DNA of 64,000 nucleotides from the NCBI GenBank assembly GCA_965153455.1, contig OZ234493.1:2170001-2234000 (forward strand), in the 5' to 3' direction. Source of the DNA: Sphagnum compactum (Eukaryota). This document shows positions 21,301-33,676 of this stretch, piece after piece. The notes beneath the pieces were generated by a model, which saw nothing but the letters and a program-made list of their open reading frames with translations, had not been told where the DNA came from and did no database searches. The position numbers and the translations under genes are program-made. Each line of letters opens with the position of its first letter. Within the stretch, counting starts at the first letter, position 1.

Positions 21301-24300
21301 TGAGGTCTTTCTTTGGCATCTCATCGTCACGCATTTTTAATCATGGTTTTAAAACCCATTTTGTTTGAAACATGGCCGATGCAAAATACAACAATGCAAT
21401 ACATTCTTCACCAAATATTTATTCACTTTTCATATGGTGTAAAATGATATAGGATTTCATCTGGATGCTTCTCCTTATGCTTTGTTAAGTTTATGTTCAA
21501 GGTAGTAATTGTTAGTTACTACTAATGTGCATATGCAATACAATTGGTTGTTGTTGATAATCTTACTCGAGGTTGTAATGGTCTTTGCTTGAATGATAAT
21601 ATTGCAAGGTTTCAATGTTTCTATGATGATATATTTGTTGCTACTTGTGAATGTTGTTTCAAATATGGTCTACAGTGGGGTGACCTCCATTAACTTGTAT
21701 GCCATTGAATTCCAGGTAACAAAATATCTTGAACGATGTTTTCTTACCTATTATGTTAGGAAAAAAGACTTATGTACAAAGTATAAGTAACATTGAGAAT
21801 TGACATTTTCACTAATATAATTGTCACATTGATGCACATGTTTTTATACAAGTTATATAAGGGATAAACCTAAAAATGGTTCATCTTATGTATTCAACCT
21901 CATGTACATGCATACATCAAAGCATGAAGGGGAAAAATCTTATTATGCTTGAAGGTCAAATTTGGCTAATAGGAACAACTTCAAGACATAACTATTCATT
22001 GTGGTAAATGGTTACTTAAGTTGACATTTTTTTTTTGAATGAACTTGTATAAGAATATCTTTAGTGTATTGTAGAAACATATATTTGGAAACAATTGAAA
22101 TGTTTTTAAAGAGTATGGAGTACCCAAAAGCATTTTAAAAACAATGTAACCAATGTCTTTTGTTGTTTAAAGGATTATTTTAACAACTTCAAATGATGTG
22201 AAAACGACATTTTTATTGGAAACTTTTTATGTACACCTTTACATTATAATATAATACAAAATCTTTTTAGTTCATAAGAATTTTTTTAATTGATTTTTAA
22301 ATCATGATGTAAAGCATATTCTAAAAAATATTATACTTTTAAGGAAACAAGGCTTGGTCAAAGTGCTCCTATTAGTTAAATTGGACTTTTGAAAATCTAA
22401 ACCTATCACTTGGTCTTTTAAAAAAAACTTGAAACAAGGGTTTCACATATATATATATATATAAATTGCTTTTAGAATTGCATTGAAAAGTGGCAAATAA
22501 AAACAAGGTAGATGATAAAACATGGTTCTAGTTTTATAGGTACAAATTAGGTTGTTGATAAGAGCAAATGACACCTTTTTTTAGGCATGTGCAAGTGTGT
22601 CAACTTTCATCCTCCAAATTAACAGAGGGTGGCCCGTATACCATTTAAGATGGGGGCCTTCAAATGTAAGGTGACCCTAAGGAAATTCAACTATTTATTT
22701 ACACAAAGAGACACATAAATTTTTCCAAATGGTTTGAGATCCAAACTAAATTTTATTAACTATTGTGCCTTTATCCAAAGTTTGAAATCAACTATTTTTC
22801 CTTTAAAAATCTGCAATGCCACATGTCCTATCACAAGTACTAGCTTTATCCATTTAAAAAATTTAAAAAAATTCAATTTCAACTATGAAGTAACCTATAA
22901 AGGTCAAGTGGGTTCTAGTGCCCTTGGACATGAGGCAAAAGAAGAAGACAATTTAGGTTTTGGTTTGTATTCAATCATGAACAACCCCACTTTATATTTT
23001 GTCCTAGGGTTCATTCAGGGTTGGGGTACCAAAAAAAAATGTTTAACAAAAGAGGATTACAAAAGGTAAATTTGAATTTTCATAATGTTAACAAGTATAT
23101 TAAAACTATGGTGTATTCTTGTGTTCCTAACAATTAGAGTATTGAAATAATAAGCAAAGAAAAATGTCTAGTACACATTATTGGATGTTTTGTAAAAGTC
23201 CTTTGAATCCTTAATTGGTTTAAGGTCAATTGTTCATATTATATATATATATTTTAATAAAGGAATGCATAAAATCATGTAATTGATTTCATTTTTTTTG
23301 CACAACAAAAACATGTTTATATATATATGCAAGTATATGTTCATTGGTGAACTTCATGAAAAAATAGGTCATATTAAATAAATTAAAAGACTTGATATTC
23401 TAAGCCAAAGGGTTGCAAGGGAAATGATTCATTTTAAAAATCATTTGGCTAGTTATTTAAAATAATCATAAGATTTATAATTTTTAAATCCAAGTGTAGG
23501 TCACACCTAGAAGAAATATTGATGGAAAAAAATCAAGTTATTCATAAAACCTATTAAAACATTCTTGGCATTTTTAGTTTTGGACCAAAGTATTGGTGAA
23601 AAACATGTGTGCATGTGAAAAATCAACACCACAATATGAATTATCTTAATTTGTATGATACATTTTTTCAAATTAAAATTGTCATTGTTAATGCCATCTA
23701 GTGAAATTGTGAGTTTTTGAATTTAAAGGAAATAGGAATAGAAAATGAACATTTCAATTTTGCAAATAATTAGCAAATAATCACCAAGAGTTGATGAAAA
23801 CAACCCAAATGCAAGAAAACATTCAAGTTTTATAACATGCAATAGTTCCAAAAGCAAATACAACTTCACAAATGAAGTACCAAGACACATGTTTAGATAA
23901 AAAAAATAGTAAATAACGCTCAAAGAGCTTCTTTAATTTCAAAGCAAAATCAAAAGATCATGACACAATACACAAGTTTCCCCATAGAAATCCTTTGAAG
24001 GGGTCAAAAATTGTGGATTATCCAAAAAATCAAGGAAACCCCAAAAATCTCTTTAGGAAGTCCTCGCAATAGATCCTATATGGAAATCCTTATATGAAGA
24101 CAATGTAATCCACTAGTTCTAAAAATAAACACCTAAAAAAACAAGTGATATGTTTGCAATAACAAAAAATGCAATACGATTAAATTTGGTATTGCAAAAT
24201 TAGTAATTACGGTTTTGAAAATGTGTTTTTAACAATTTTATGTCCAAAATTAAGTTAAAATCTATTCTAGCCTTTAACAATCATGTTTAGACTATTTGTC

Positions 24301-25753
24301 AAAAGGAATGGCAAATAAGTCCTGGAATCTCTATTCTTGAAAATGGAACCCCAACCATGAATGGACCCCTAAAAGGAACAAAGATGCCACACAAAGAGTT
24401 GCACCCCCCATTTATTTCCAATTTTTTAATAGTGTACACAAGCTCAACCTTTTTAACACGATTGGCATGCTTTCAACATTTTTTTGCCTTGCAATAATAA
24501 TCAACCTTAAAAATCGACCCATGACCAAATTTCATCCCTTATCATATAATGGTTGCCTCCAAATGAATATGGCAAGGGAATAGTCACTTCCCCTACTTGG
24601 GTGTTTTGTTTTAATGTTCAAAATGATCAATGAAAAAAATGGAACTTATCCCCATATTGATAATTTGAATTTTTGACACATTCACATACTAAAAAAACAA
24701 AAATGACAAGTCCCAAAGCTCAAATTAATTATCATCCATTAATGAGAACAATGAATACATGTCAATAAATACGTATCTATAAGGGGGTTTTTGGCACCAT
24801 ACTACTAGATAATATATTAAAAATGGTGTGAGACTCTTAGCCAAGTTTTGGTGTTAGGATGTTAGATCCAAGTTCAAAAGGAGGCATGTTCTTTTGAAGG
24901 GTTCACCTTTAAGCTACCTAAACCTTGAGCAACACATTTTGTTTAAGGCACATAGGAAGAGTGAAACACATATACATGAGTTACAAGGCACATACCATAA
25001 TGACTTTGGGGGGATTATAAATATTGCACTTATGATGAGAAGCTTGAAAGGCCATTGTTTTCAAGACTAGGACCTAGGTAGCTAGTAGGCAAGGATACAA
25101 AAAGGTCAAAAGGTGGGATAGGGTGTGACACCAATCATACTACATAGGCCCATCATCCAACACTAGAAATGGGCTTTTGAATGTGAATGTGTACATGTGT
25201 TATACACACACATGTCAACTTTGCCTCAATCTAGTTTGTAGAAATATGTAGTGCAAGGACCTCAATAGTATGAATTATAATTTGAAGTTTGATTTTCTCA
25301 ATGTGGTAGAAAACATGATAAATACCAATTAGTTGTGTACCAATTGCTATGTATTTGGATAAAATGTTCAAACATATCCCTATATATTTTCACACACACA
25401 CACACACACACCCCCCCCCCTTCAAACAAGCACATCTCGTGGACTTGAATTTTATAGGGGCACATGTTACAAAACAAAATGTTTGTGAAAAACATCACAA
25501 ATATTACTCCCCTTATGATGTTGGAAATTGGGCCAAGGAGTCACCTGCACCACTTCTCCCCTAAGAAAAATAGATTTTAATATAATTATTTTTGAAATAT
25601 TTCTAGTTTAATGATTAATATGAGGATTTTGTTTGACTTTAGTAAAATAATATTGTGTTTCATGTTCTTAAGATGCATTTAAGTAATTTTTTGAAAACGC
25701 AAGTAGATGCAAGTAAGTGTGTCAAATTGGTTTCAATGTGATGGATGCTCTTA

Positions 25754-26150
25754 GAGCATCTCCAGTGGTGCTCAGTATGTGACTCCTCCCCAAAATCATT
25801 ATTTTTCATCTCCAAGTTTAGTTATTTACTTTTCGGCCACCCCATCCATAAAATTGAAACTGGGACAACAAATAGGCGGGGAACTACTAATAGCAAACCA
25901 CCTGGACCAATCATTATGATGGCGCCAATCGTAAAACCTTGAGCAGCAGCAGTTAGATCATATTCATTACATTCTTTTCTGCAAGTGCAGAGGGTTGCTG
26001 CACCGTTTACTAGTGGCCACGGCAATGTGCGCAATTATGCGGAGCCAAAACCATTTTGCTGAGCCAAACCAACCGACATACATTGGAATTTCTTCGTCCA
26101 ATTTTACTAGTGCACAATCAATCACATACGGAGCACCATTGGAAATGGCC
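25754..26150 (+). mobile_element. Tourist/PIF-Harbinger-like MITE (~400 bp)
   Basis: TIRs GAGCATCTCCAGTGGTGCTC ... GAGCACCATTGGAAATGGCC, with TTA immediately to the left. The same family recurs at ~29389-29600 (+) and ~32130-32780 (-). Confidence 0.75.
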
Positions 26151-28234
26151 TTCCGCAATAAGAAGTAGATTACGAAATATTTTGGGATGATTCAAGAAGA
26201 GATTTTATTATGTATGTAGGGAAAGACCTCTTCTTCCAAGGCTATTATTTGAGGACGGCACAAGGATGAGAGAATGATAAGCCACGGAAGCTATTTGTTT
26301 GGCCAAAGGAACGAACTATTTTAGTTGACAAGCACTATTAAAAATTATATTTTAAATTTGGTCTACAAGAAATTTCCTATGTTGGCCATGGAGCCCAATT
26401 TTTAGAATGTGCAAATGTGATATGTATGTGGAAATTTGAGGACAATAAATTGATAGAATTTGAGTTCATCATTTTTCATTTTAAGCCATGATCGCACATT
26501 TCATTGCACACCTTATTGTCGCACTCCATCATGGACACCATGATCCTACTACCATTTCACACCTTATGGTGAACATTTCAAGCTTACTTATTTCATGGGC
26601 AAAAAAAAACCTAGCTACTAAAAACACACCGATGTGCAACATCGGGATTTTTGTGGGCAAACATAGGGACCAATAGTGTGTGGTGGCAATAGGAGAATCG
26701 GTGTGTGATAATTCTATTGACAATTGTTTTTGAGGGACTAGTAGTATATGGGAGATTTTGTTTTAATTTTTCATATGGTCATCATCCTTAGACAATTAAT
26801 TTTGCCTAGCTAATTCTTTGTATGGTTGTCCTTGAACAATTACAACGACAATTCCAAAAACAATTATTTCGTTTCCAAGCCTAATTACCTCATTTATATG
26901 AAAAGATAAATTAACATGTGCGTTTTCATGTCTATGATATTTATATTAATTTAAATTAAATTTAACATATTAGACATAAATAATGATGAACTATTGGAAA
27001 CCATATAAGAAACATAATACTTTCATTAAGAATTGTGGAAAAAAATTAGGCATTTGTTCGAGCCAAAACCAAATTATTAAGCACTTTTGCCAAAACAAGT
27101 GATTATGGCTAAAGCTGCCCTGGAGGTAGGGTATTGTAAGAACATCTTATTGCTAAAATAAGATGGGAAAGAAACTCCCAATTAAGCATTGCTGCTGGAA
27201 TGGTGTTTTCTTTTTATTGTATTTATTTTTTACCCAAAAAAAATCTGTTGAATATTTCCTTTCTTCAAAAAGAAATTGCCAAAAAATCGATAATTTTTTT
27301 TCTAAAAAATCACCATGTTTCTACACATTGTTCAAGCAAGTAGCCAGGATATAAAAGGATTTTAATATATACAAGAAAATTTCTCCAAGTTCTTCTTTAG
27401 TTGTCCCTTTACAAATTTAACTTGGGCTCCGTGTTGTTGCACACTATCAACTATGATGAAACCATGAAAAAAGAAAAAGAAAAAGAAAGTGATTTTTTTT
27501 TTTTCCATTTGAATGAAAATATTAAATGCCATTGCATGCAACTAAATTTGAATTCAATTGAATTTTTTTTATAAAAAATGATACAAATTGATGCAAAGAG
27601 TATTGAAAATATGCTTGTCACTTCCTTTTGTCATTTGTGACAATGATATTGAGAGACAACAAAAATCTAAAAAAACGAGAGATTAAAAAAATCACTTTTT
27701 CCATTCCATTCAAAGTAGATTTCAAACCAAAATCTAATTTTGGTAGAACGAACACTTATTGACCCAATATAATTGTTCCCTTTGTAATACTAATGCTTTT
27801 ATATTTTCCCTTTACAAATTTATTATGAATAGGGTACCAAAACCCCTAAAAAAATACCTTGCCCCCAATCAACCACCCTACTACAAATATGCATTATTAT
27901 ACCATCATCCAACTACATGCATTTCAAATGCATGGAACCCAAGCCTTGGTTCAAGGTTTCTCAATTGAACCTTACCCCAAAGCAAGAGTCTTGAGAAAGT
28001 TTTGGAGGGGGAAGCAAACTTCATTTGGAATCAACCTAAAATACAAAACCTCCAAAAGAAGAACCTTGTAGATTGGGTTGCAAGAGAGGCACATGGCACA
28101 CATGGGGTTAGGAGTCATGTTGGGTGTTCCCCATGTGTTGTTGTCTCTCACCTACTCTCTCTCTCTCATGCAAAAATGCCACCAACACAAAGTAAGTTTA
28201 AGACCCAAAACAAAAAAGGAGATAAAGTGATGAG

Positions 28235-28366
28235 CCTAAACCCTAAACCCTAAACCCAAATCTGCAAATCCCATTTAGAAATGCTTGAAACCATGAAAAG
28301 TATACTGACTTAATAAAGCTATATTATTGGGGGACATCCTATTAGGGTTTAGGGTTTAGGGTTTAG
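28235..28366. repeat. Interstitial telomere repeats: (CCCTAAA)~3 at 28235-28257 and (TTTAGGG)~3.5 at 28342-28366; another short tract near 28562-28583
   Basis: Direct reading of the plant telomere heptamer. Confidence 0.85.
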
Positions 28367-28823
28367 CATACATCCTAGGGATGGATGAGTCTGTTGCTGA
28401 TCTAGTTATATAATAATATTATCATTCATTATGGTACAAATTCCATCCTGATAAGTCCTCCTGAGAATCCTGACACCCAAAAAAGTACACCAAGTTTGTT
28501 TAATGCATATTCCTAGGAATAAAATCAGGTGCACTACTACTAGCCTACTTAACTAGTGAAATTAGGTTTAGGGTTTAGGGTTTGTCTCAGCCTCTTTTTT
28601 CATTCATGCTTGAACTTGACTTCTCAAAGGGAAAGTTCTATTCAATTTTTACTTATTAATTAATTAATTAATTAATATTATTTTTGGGGTACCTAGGCTA
28701 CTTGAAAGCCTTGGCCCTTGTGTGATTCCTTTCATCTCAATTGGATAGTGTGTGCCTACTACCCACTCATTTATTTTCTTGTTTTTTTTTTCAATTTTGT
28801 GCAGTTTTTTTAAATTTTGGGCA

Positions 28824-29190
28824 TTTTGTGATGTAGCCAAAGTGGCAATCATCCATCCATTGGAAGATGGTAGCAAAAGTGAGGGAATGAGTGGTGATCA
28901 TCTAAGAAGATTTAGCCAATTCTAAAAAATATGAAGTACAAATCTTCATCCATCCTTCTATATTGTTGGCTACTTACGAAAAACCAAATATAGAAATATG
29001 ATGATTTTCATGTCATTTTATTTTCCACGTCAAGTGATTGAAACTCTAGAAAATTACTTTATTCCCAATTTCAAATTTAGAAATTTCTTTTGTGGCCAAT
29101 TTCTTTTCAGTAAAAGAATAGGCTATTTTTATGATGTAGCACGAGTGGCAATCATCCATAAGATGATTTAGCCAAATTTGGCTGTACAAC
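28824..29190 (+). repeat. Dispersed repeat family TTTTGTGATGTAGCCAAAGTGGCAATCATCCA...GATTTAGCCAAATTTGGCT, two heads here
   Basis: The same motif occurs at ~28824, ~29128 and ~34096 (+), and in reverse at ~11611-11652 and ~31697-31880; probably a non-autonomous TE. Confidence 0.65.
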
Positions 29191-29388
29191 ATGAAAATAT
29201 TTGAAAAAAAAGAGTCATTAAATGATATGTGTATTCAAACAAACCAAAACATCCAACCCATGGTCAATCGACAAAGTTGGGATTAACCCCAACACGGTTA
29301 ATCCTATTGAATAAACATCCAATTACCAATCCATACTTACTACCAATTCATGTAATGAGTCAAAAATTAGTAGCATGCATGCATGTTT

Positions 29389-29600
29389 GAGCATCTCGAG
29401 CGGTGGTGCTCAGTATGCATGCAGCAACCCTGCAGCAAAAATAATTTTTCACATCCAAGTTTTAGTTATTTTACTTTTTGGCAACTTCACCCATAAAACT
29501 GAAACAACGGGGACAGCAAGAAAATAGGTGGGGAACTACTAATAGCAAACCACCTGGACCAATCATTACAATGGGCCGATCAGAAAACACTTCTGATCAG
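29389..29600 (+). mobile_element. Partial copy of the Tourist-like MITE family
   Basis: GAGCATCTCGAGCGGTGGTGCTCAGTATG...GGGGAACTACTAATAGCAAACCACCTGGACCAATCATT is shared with 25754-26150. Confidence 0.7.
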
Positions 29601-31722
29601 CAGTCTCATCACAGCAGCATCGACAATAGAAGGGAAGTAAATAACAAAATGCCATTTTTGCTTTCGAGTTGCAAGCCAAGTGTTGCCCCAACTGAACCCA
29701 TCCACACCCACCGACACACCATGCAAGATGGATGATATGTGAATGGGAAACACACTTTTTCATTGTATTCCTGTCGTATCGCTAACCGCCATCGTTAGTT
29801 AGCTATGTATCGACCATTCATGTGTCGTCTACTCATCTAAATACCTAGTAGCCATCCATTCCCTCATCCACTTACCTACCTACCTACATAATAACCTCTT
29901 ACATTCCCTATATACCTAGTTATCTATGGTACTTCTCCTTACCCACTTACATAAAATAATTAACTAAGTAGTGTGACATGAAAGTAGATTGGGTTTATAG
30001 GATAGTTTACTAAGGTGGGGAAACCTCGGTTAACTCCAATATTGTTCATCTACAATTGAATCATATTGGGTACTTATGATCATGTCCCTTCTCCAAAGGG
30101 GAGTGAGTGTGTTGGGGGCCGGGTTAAGGTTAACTACCACCCTCTTACATGTTGTTAGGTTAATGGCTAGGTGACCATGGCAGGCTATATTAAAACTTCT
30201 TTTAAGTTTCTTGAAGAAATTGGAGAAATTTAGTAAAACATATTTGGAGGGCACCAAAAGAACGACACAAAAAAACCTCCACCGAAATTCATAGAGTATT
30301 TGGAGAAGCACTATCAAAATCACACAATTGTGTGTTATATTTGGCGGTCCCACAATTGTTATTTTAGCCATGGTATGTATGAGTGTGGGGTATTTTTTAA
30401 TCCTAAAAAACTTCATAATTTGCCTGAATTTGTTGGGCAGCATATAAATTCTCAAACTGCCTAAAAATTTCAGAGTGCCCACTTTTTTTTGGGCAGAAAT
30501 GAAAAACAATTTCAACTTTATAAATTTTCCGGGCAGCCTAAAGTTGCCCAAAATTCTTCCTGGGAAAAAGATTCTCCTGAATCTTTTTGAGCATCCGCAT
30601 TTGTCAAGTTACCCAAACTTTTTTTTGAGCAAAAATGGAAAAAAAAAAATTTCAACCCGTATTATCTGCCCGAAATTTATCGGGCAGCCTAAAATTCTCA
30701 AACTGGAGAATATTTTCCAAGCATCCTGGAAAATATTTTCTCAGGAATTCATTAGAATTCAACCCAATTTTTTGGGGGCAGAATGGGAAAAAAATAATCC
30801 TAAGTTGCCCAAATTTTTTGCGTAGTTTGGAAAACCCATTAATGTGAATGAGGTTTAAATTAACCCCATTATACTATTTTATCTATTCCCTTTGTGTGAA
30901 CACCTTGGGTGAACTAGCTTCAGACCTAAATAGATTTTTAATTTAAAAAAAAATATGAAAATAATTTTAACCCAAAAGGCAAAATAATCAAAAATTTCTA
31001 ACCCTATGTCTAAACAGATTCTAACCTTAGGCCTAAAAAGGTTCTAATAAGCTTTAAAAAAATATTACAAAGATTTTAACCTTGAGTTTAAATGTTTAAA
31101 AGATTCCAACCATAAGCCAAAATGGAATAAACCCTAAAACAAATACTGAAAAGATTTTAACATTAGGTCAAATTCCACCTCTCAAGGCCAAAGTTTCAAA
31201 AAATAATTCTATAGCCAAAATGCTAAAAAAAGATTTTTAAGGTTAAGCCAAATTGCAAAAAAGATTTCAACCTTAGACCACTCATTATGTCTTGGGAGTG
31301 TACAATACCAAATCTTGGAGGCACCTTTTTTTCCATTATTTTCATATGATAAGATGAGCACGTCTTAGAATACGTCCTAAAATTCAAACCCTAAGCCAAA
31401 CAAAACTATCGTAAGGTGCAAACTAGAATTGCTTCTAGTATGACCCATTTGATATTCCGTACTAAAAAATACCCCACCAGCATTTTTTTGTATGTGGAGA
31501 ATTTTTGCAATTTGGCGATATTTTATTTTTTTCAAAACAATAATATTCTGTTTAATATATTCCCTTTTAAAAGCTCAAAAATCAAGAAAAAAATCTTTAA
31601 AAAAAGTTCGCCATGTTTCTACACAAGTAAGCAAGGATATAAATAAAAGGATTTTAACAAATTTTATATTTCCATAGCTGGTCTATAACCGAATGTGGCT
31701 AAATCTCCTTGTGGATAATCAA

Positions 31723-31848
31723 TACTAGTAGAAAAACCTCATTTTTCAACTTGTCTTAGGCGACTAAAAGTGTCTTTTGCGACTATTTTCGCAAAAGACA
31801 CTTCTAGTCACCTAAGACAAGTCGAAAAATGGGATTTTTCTTCTAATA
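31723..31848. mobile_element. 126-bp foldback element with CACTA-like termini (TACTAGTAGAAAA...TTTTCTTCTAATA)
   Basis: Two ~57-bp arms are near-perfect reverse complements around a short CTATTT loop; the element interrupts a copy of the GATGTAGCC repeat family. Confidence 0.7.
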
Positions 31849-32129
31849 AGCTAGTGTGGCAACATCACAATATTGAAAGAAAAATACACTATAAAGCCTA
31901 CCCTACTACCAATTTGGCGGTGACAACTTTGGGTGGTCCCTTTCTTAACAAGAAAGAAGCTATTTGGCAGCCTTTAATACTTAATTTGGCAGCCTTTAGG
32001 GTGTAAGAAGAAGATCGAGTAGCATGAGAGATTCGAACCTGTGCTGTGTTGTTGGCAATTTGAATGCCATGCAATTCAGCTGCCTGGATTTGTAATCATA
32101 CTCGTAGTACTCTGAAAGCAACTCCACTC

Positions 32130-32780
32130 ACTGCGGGGTGCAAAAGTCAAAACATATGAGTTTGGCTCAACAAAATGGTTTTGGCCCAGCATTTTTTTTT
32201 GCACAGTTTGTTTGCTGAGGCTGGTGTAAAAAAAAAAGGCACAGCAACACCACCAATTTGAATGCCATGCAATTCAGCTGCCTGGATTTGTAATCATACT
32301 CGTACTCTGAAAGCAACTCCACTCACTGGGGGTGCAAAAGTCAAAACATATCGGTTTGGCTCAACAAAATGGTTTTGGCCCAGCATTTTTGCACAGTTTG
32401 CTGAAGTCAAAACATATCGGTTTGGCTCAGCAAAATGGTTTTGGCCCAGCATTTTTGCACAGTTTGTTTGCTGAGGCTGGTGTGAAAAAAAAAGGCGCAG
32501 CAACACCACCTGCTGTGTGATTGGCTAGATAGTTTCTTTCATTGGGTCCAGCTGGGTTGCTATTGATAGTCTCCCACTCGATTGCAATCCCAGTTTCAGT
32601 TTTATGGGTAGGGCTCAACAAAAGTGAATGACTAAAACTTGGATGTGAGAAATGTTTGGTCTCCCACTCGATTGCAATCCCAGTTTTAGTTTTATGGGTA
32701 AGGCTCAACAAAAGTGAATGACTAAACTTGGATGTGAGAAATGTTTGTGCAGGCTCACACACTGAGCACAGCCAGATATG
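32130..32780 (-). mobile_element. Reverse-oriented, internally duplicated copy of the Tourist-like MITE family
   Basis: GTTTGGCTCARCAAAATGGTTTTGGCCCAGC (3 copies) is the reverse complement of the 26045-26075 segment; a ~87-bp tandem duplication lies at 32569-32746. Confidence 0.7.
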
Positions 32781-32803
32781 ATTGATGCTCTACACACAAC
32801 AAC

Positions 32804-32841
<38 letters not shown>

Positions 32842-33166
32842 CATAAAGTTACACTTTTCTTTAAGGAGAAAAGAAGAGGTACGGGTTACTTTAAAAATGC
32901 AATGCATGGCAGACTGGGTGCACTGCAAGCTCCATCTTTAGGGAGCATTCTTGCATGTGGACTCTGTAGAAAGGGAGAAACCAGCACTGGTTTTGAGGAG
33001 GTGGCCAGGTGTGTGACCTTGCCAGTTTAAGCCCCCTTACGAGCATGTGCACAACCCAGCATTGTTTTTGTTGTTGTTGATGATTTCGGGTTAAAGCCTT
33101 CTTGTCCCATGTGCGAGCGAGGTGGTAAAATTGCAAGCTCGGCCAAAAAGAAATGGGACACATTGC

Positions 33167-33676
33167 CAACCAACCACGGATCCAAGTCTTGGGCTTCAAC
33201 CATGCCATTATAGAGGCGGCTCATTTTTTAGGGTTTCTTGTACACCCAACCAACCGATCCAAGCCTTGGGCTTCAACCATGCATTGTAGAGGGTTCATGG
33301 AAGCTCACTTTTTAGGGTTTCTTGTACACCTTACCGACCAACCCAAGTCTTGGAGGACTTCAACCATGCATTATAGAGGGTTGGTTCATGGAAGCTCATT
33401 CTTTAGGGTTTCTTGTACACCCAACCGAGCCAATCCAAGTCTTGGGCTTCAACCATGCATTATAGAGGGTTCACGGAAGCTCATTTTTTAGGGTTTCTTG
33501 TACACCCAACCAACCGATCCAAGCCTTGGGCTTCAACCATGCATTATAGAGGGTTCATGGAAGCTCATTTTTTAGGTTTCTTGGACACCCCCACCAACCA
33601 ATCCAAGTCTTGGGCTTCAACCATGCATTTTATAGAGGGTTCATGGAAACTCGTTGTTTAAGTTTTCTTGTACACC
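33167..33676. repeat. Minisatellite, ~85-bp unit x6 (CCAAGYCTTGGGCTTCAACCATGCATTATAGAGGGTTCATGGAAGCTCATTTTTTAGGGTTTCTTGTACACC)
   Basis: Six tandem units read directly; they explain the repetitive ORFs 33153-33661. Confidence 0.9.

Noticed and set aside
22930-25260. Possible solo-LTR fragments (also ~27950-28230 and ~30060-30230)
   Set aside because: LTR-like in composition, but I could not define TG...CA ends, TSDs, a PBS or a PPT.
30030-30850. 173-aa and 116-aa ORFs as genes
   Set aside because: Low-complexity K/F/L-rich translations of degenerate GGGCAG/GCCCAAA subrepeats, with no splice structure or motifs.
32015-32060. tRNA or SINE suggested by GGTTCGAATC (B-box) on the minus strand
   Set aside because: The T-stem pairs poorly, and I could not build an A-box, anticodon arm or acceptor stem.
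33167-33676. 85-bp array as CRISPR or as a repeat-protein gene
   Set aside because: The whole unit repeats with no spacers, and the unit length shifts the reading frame between copies.
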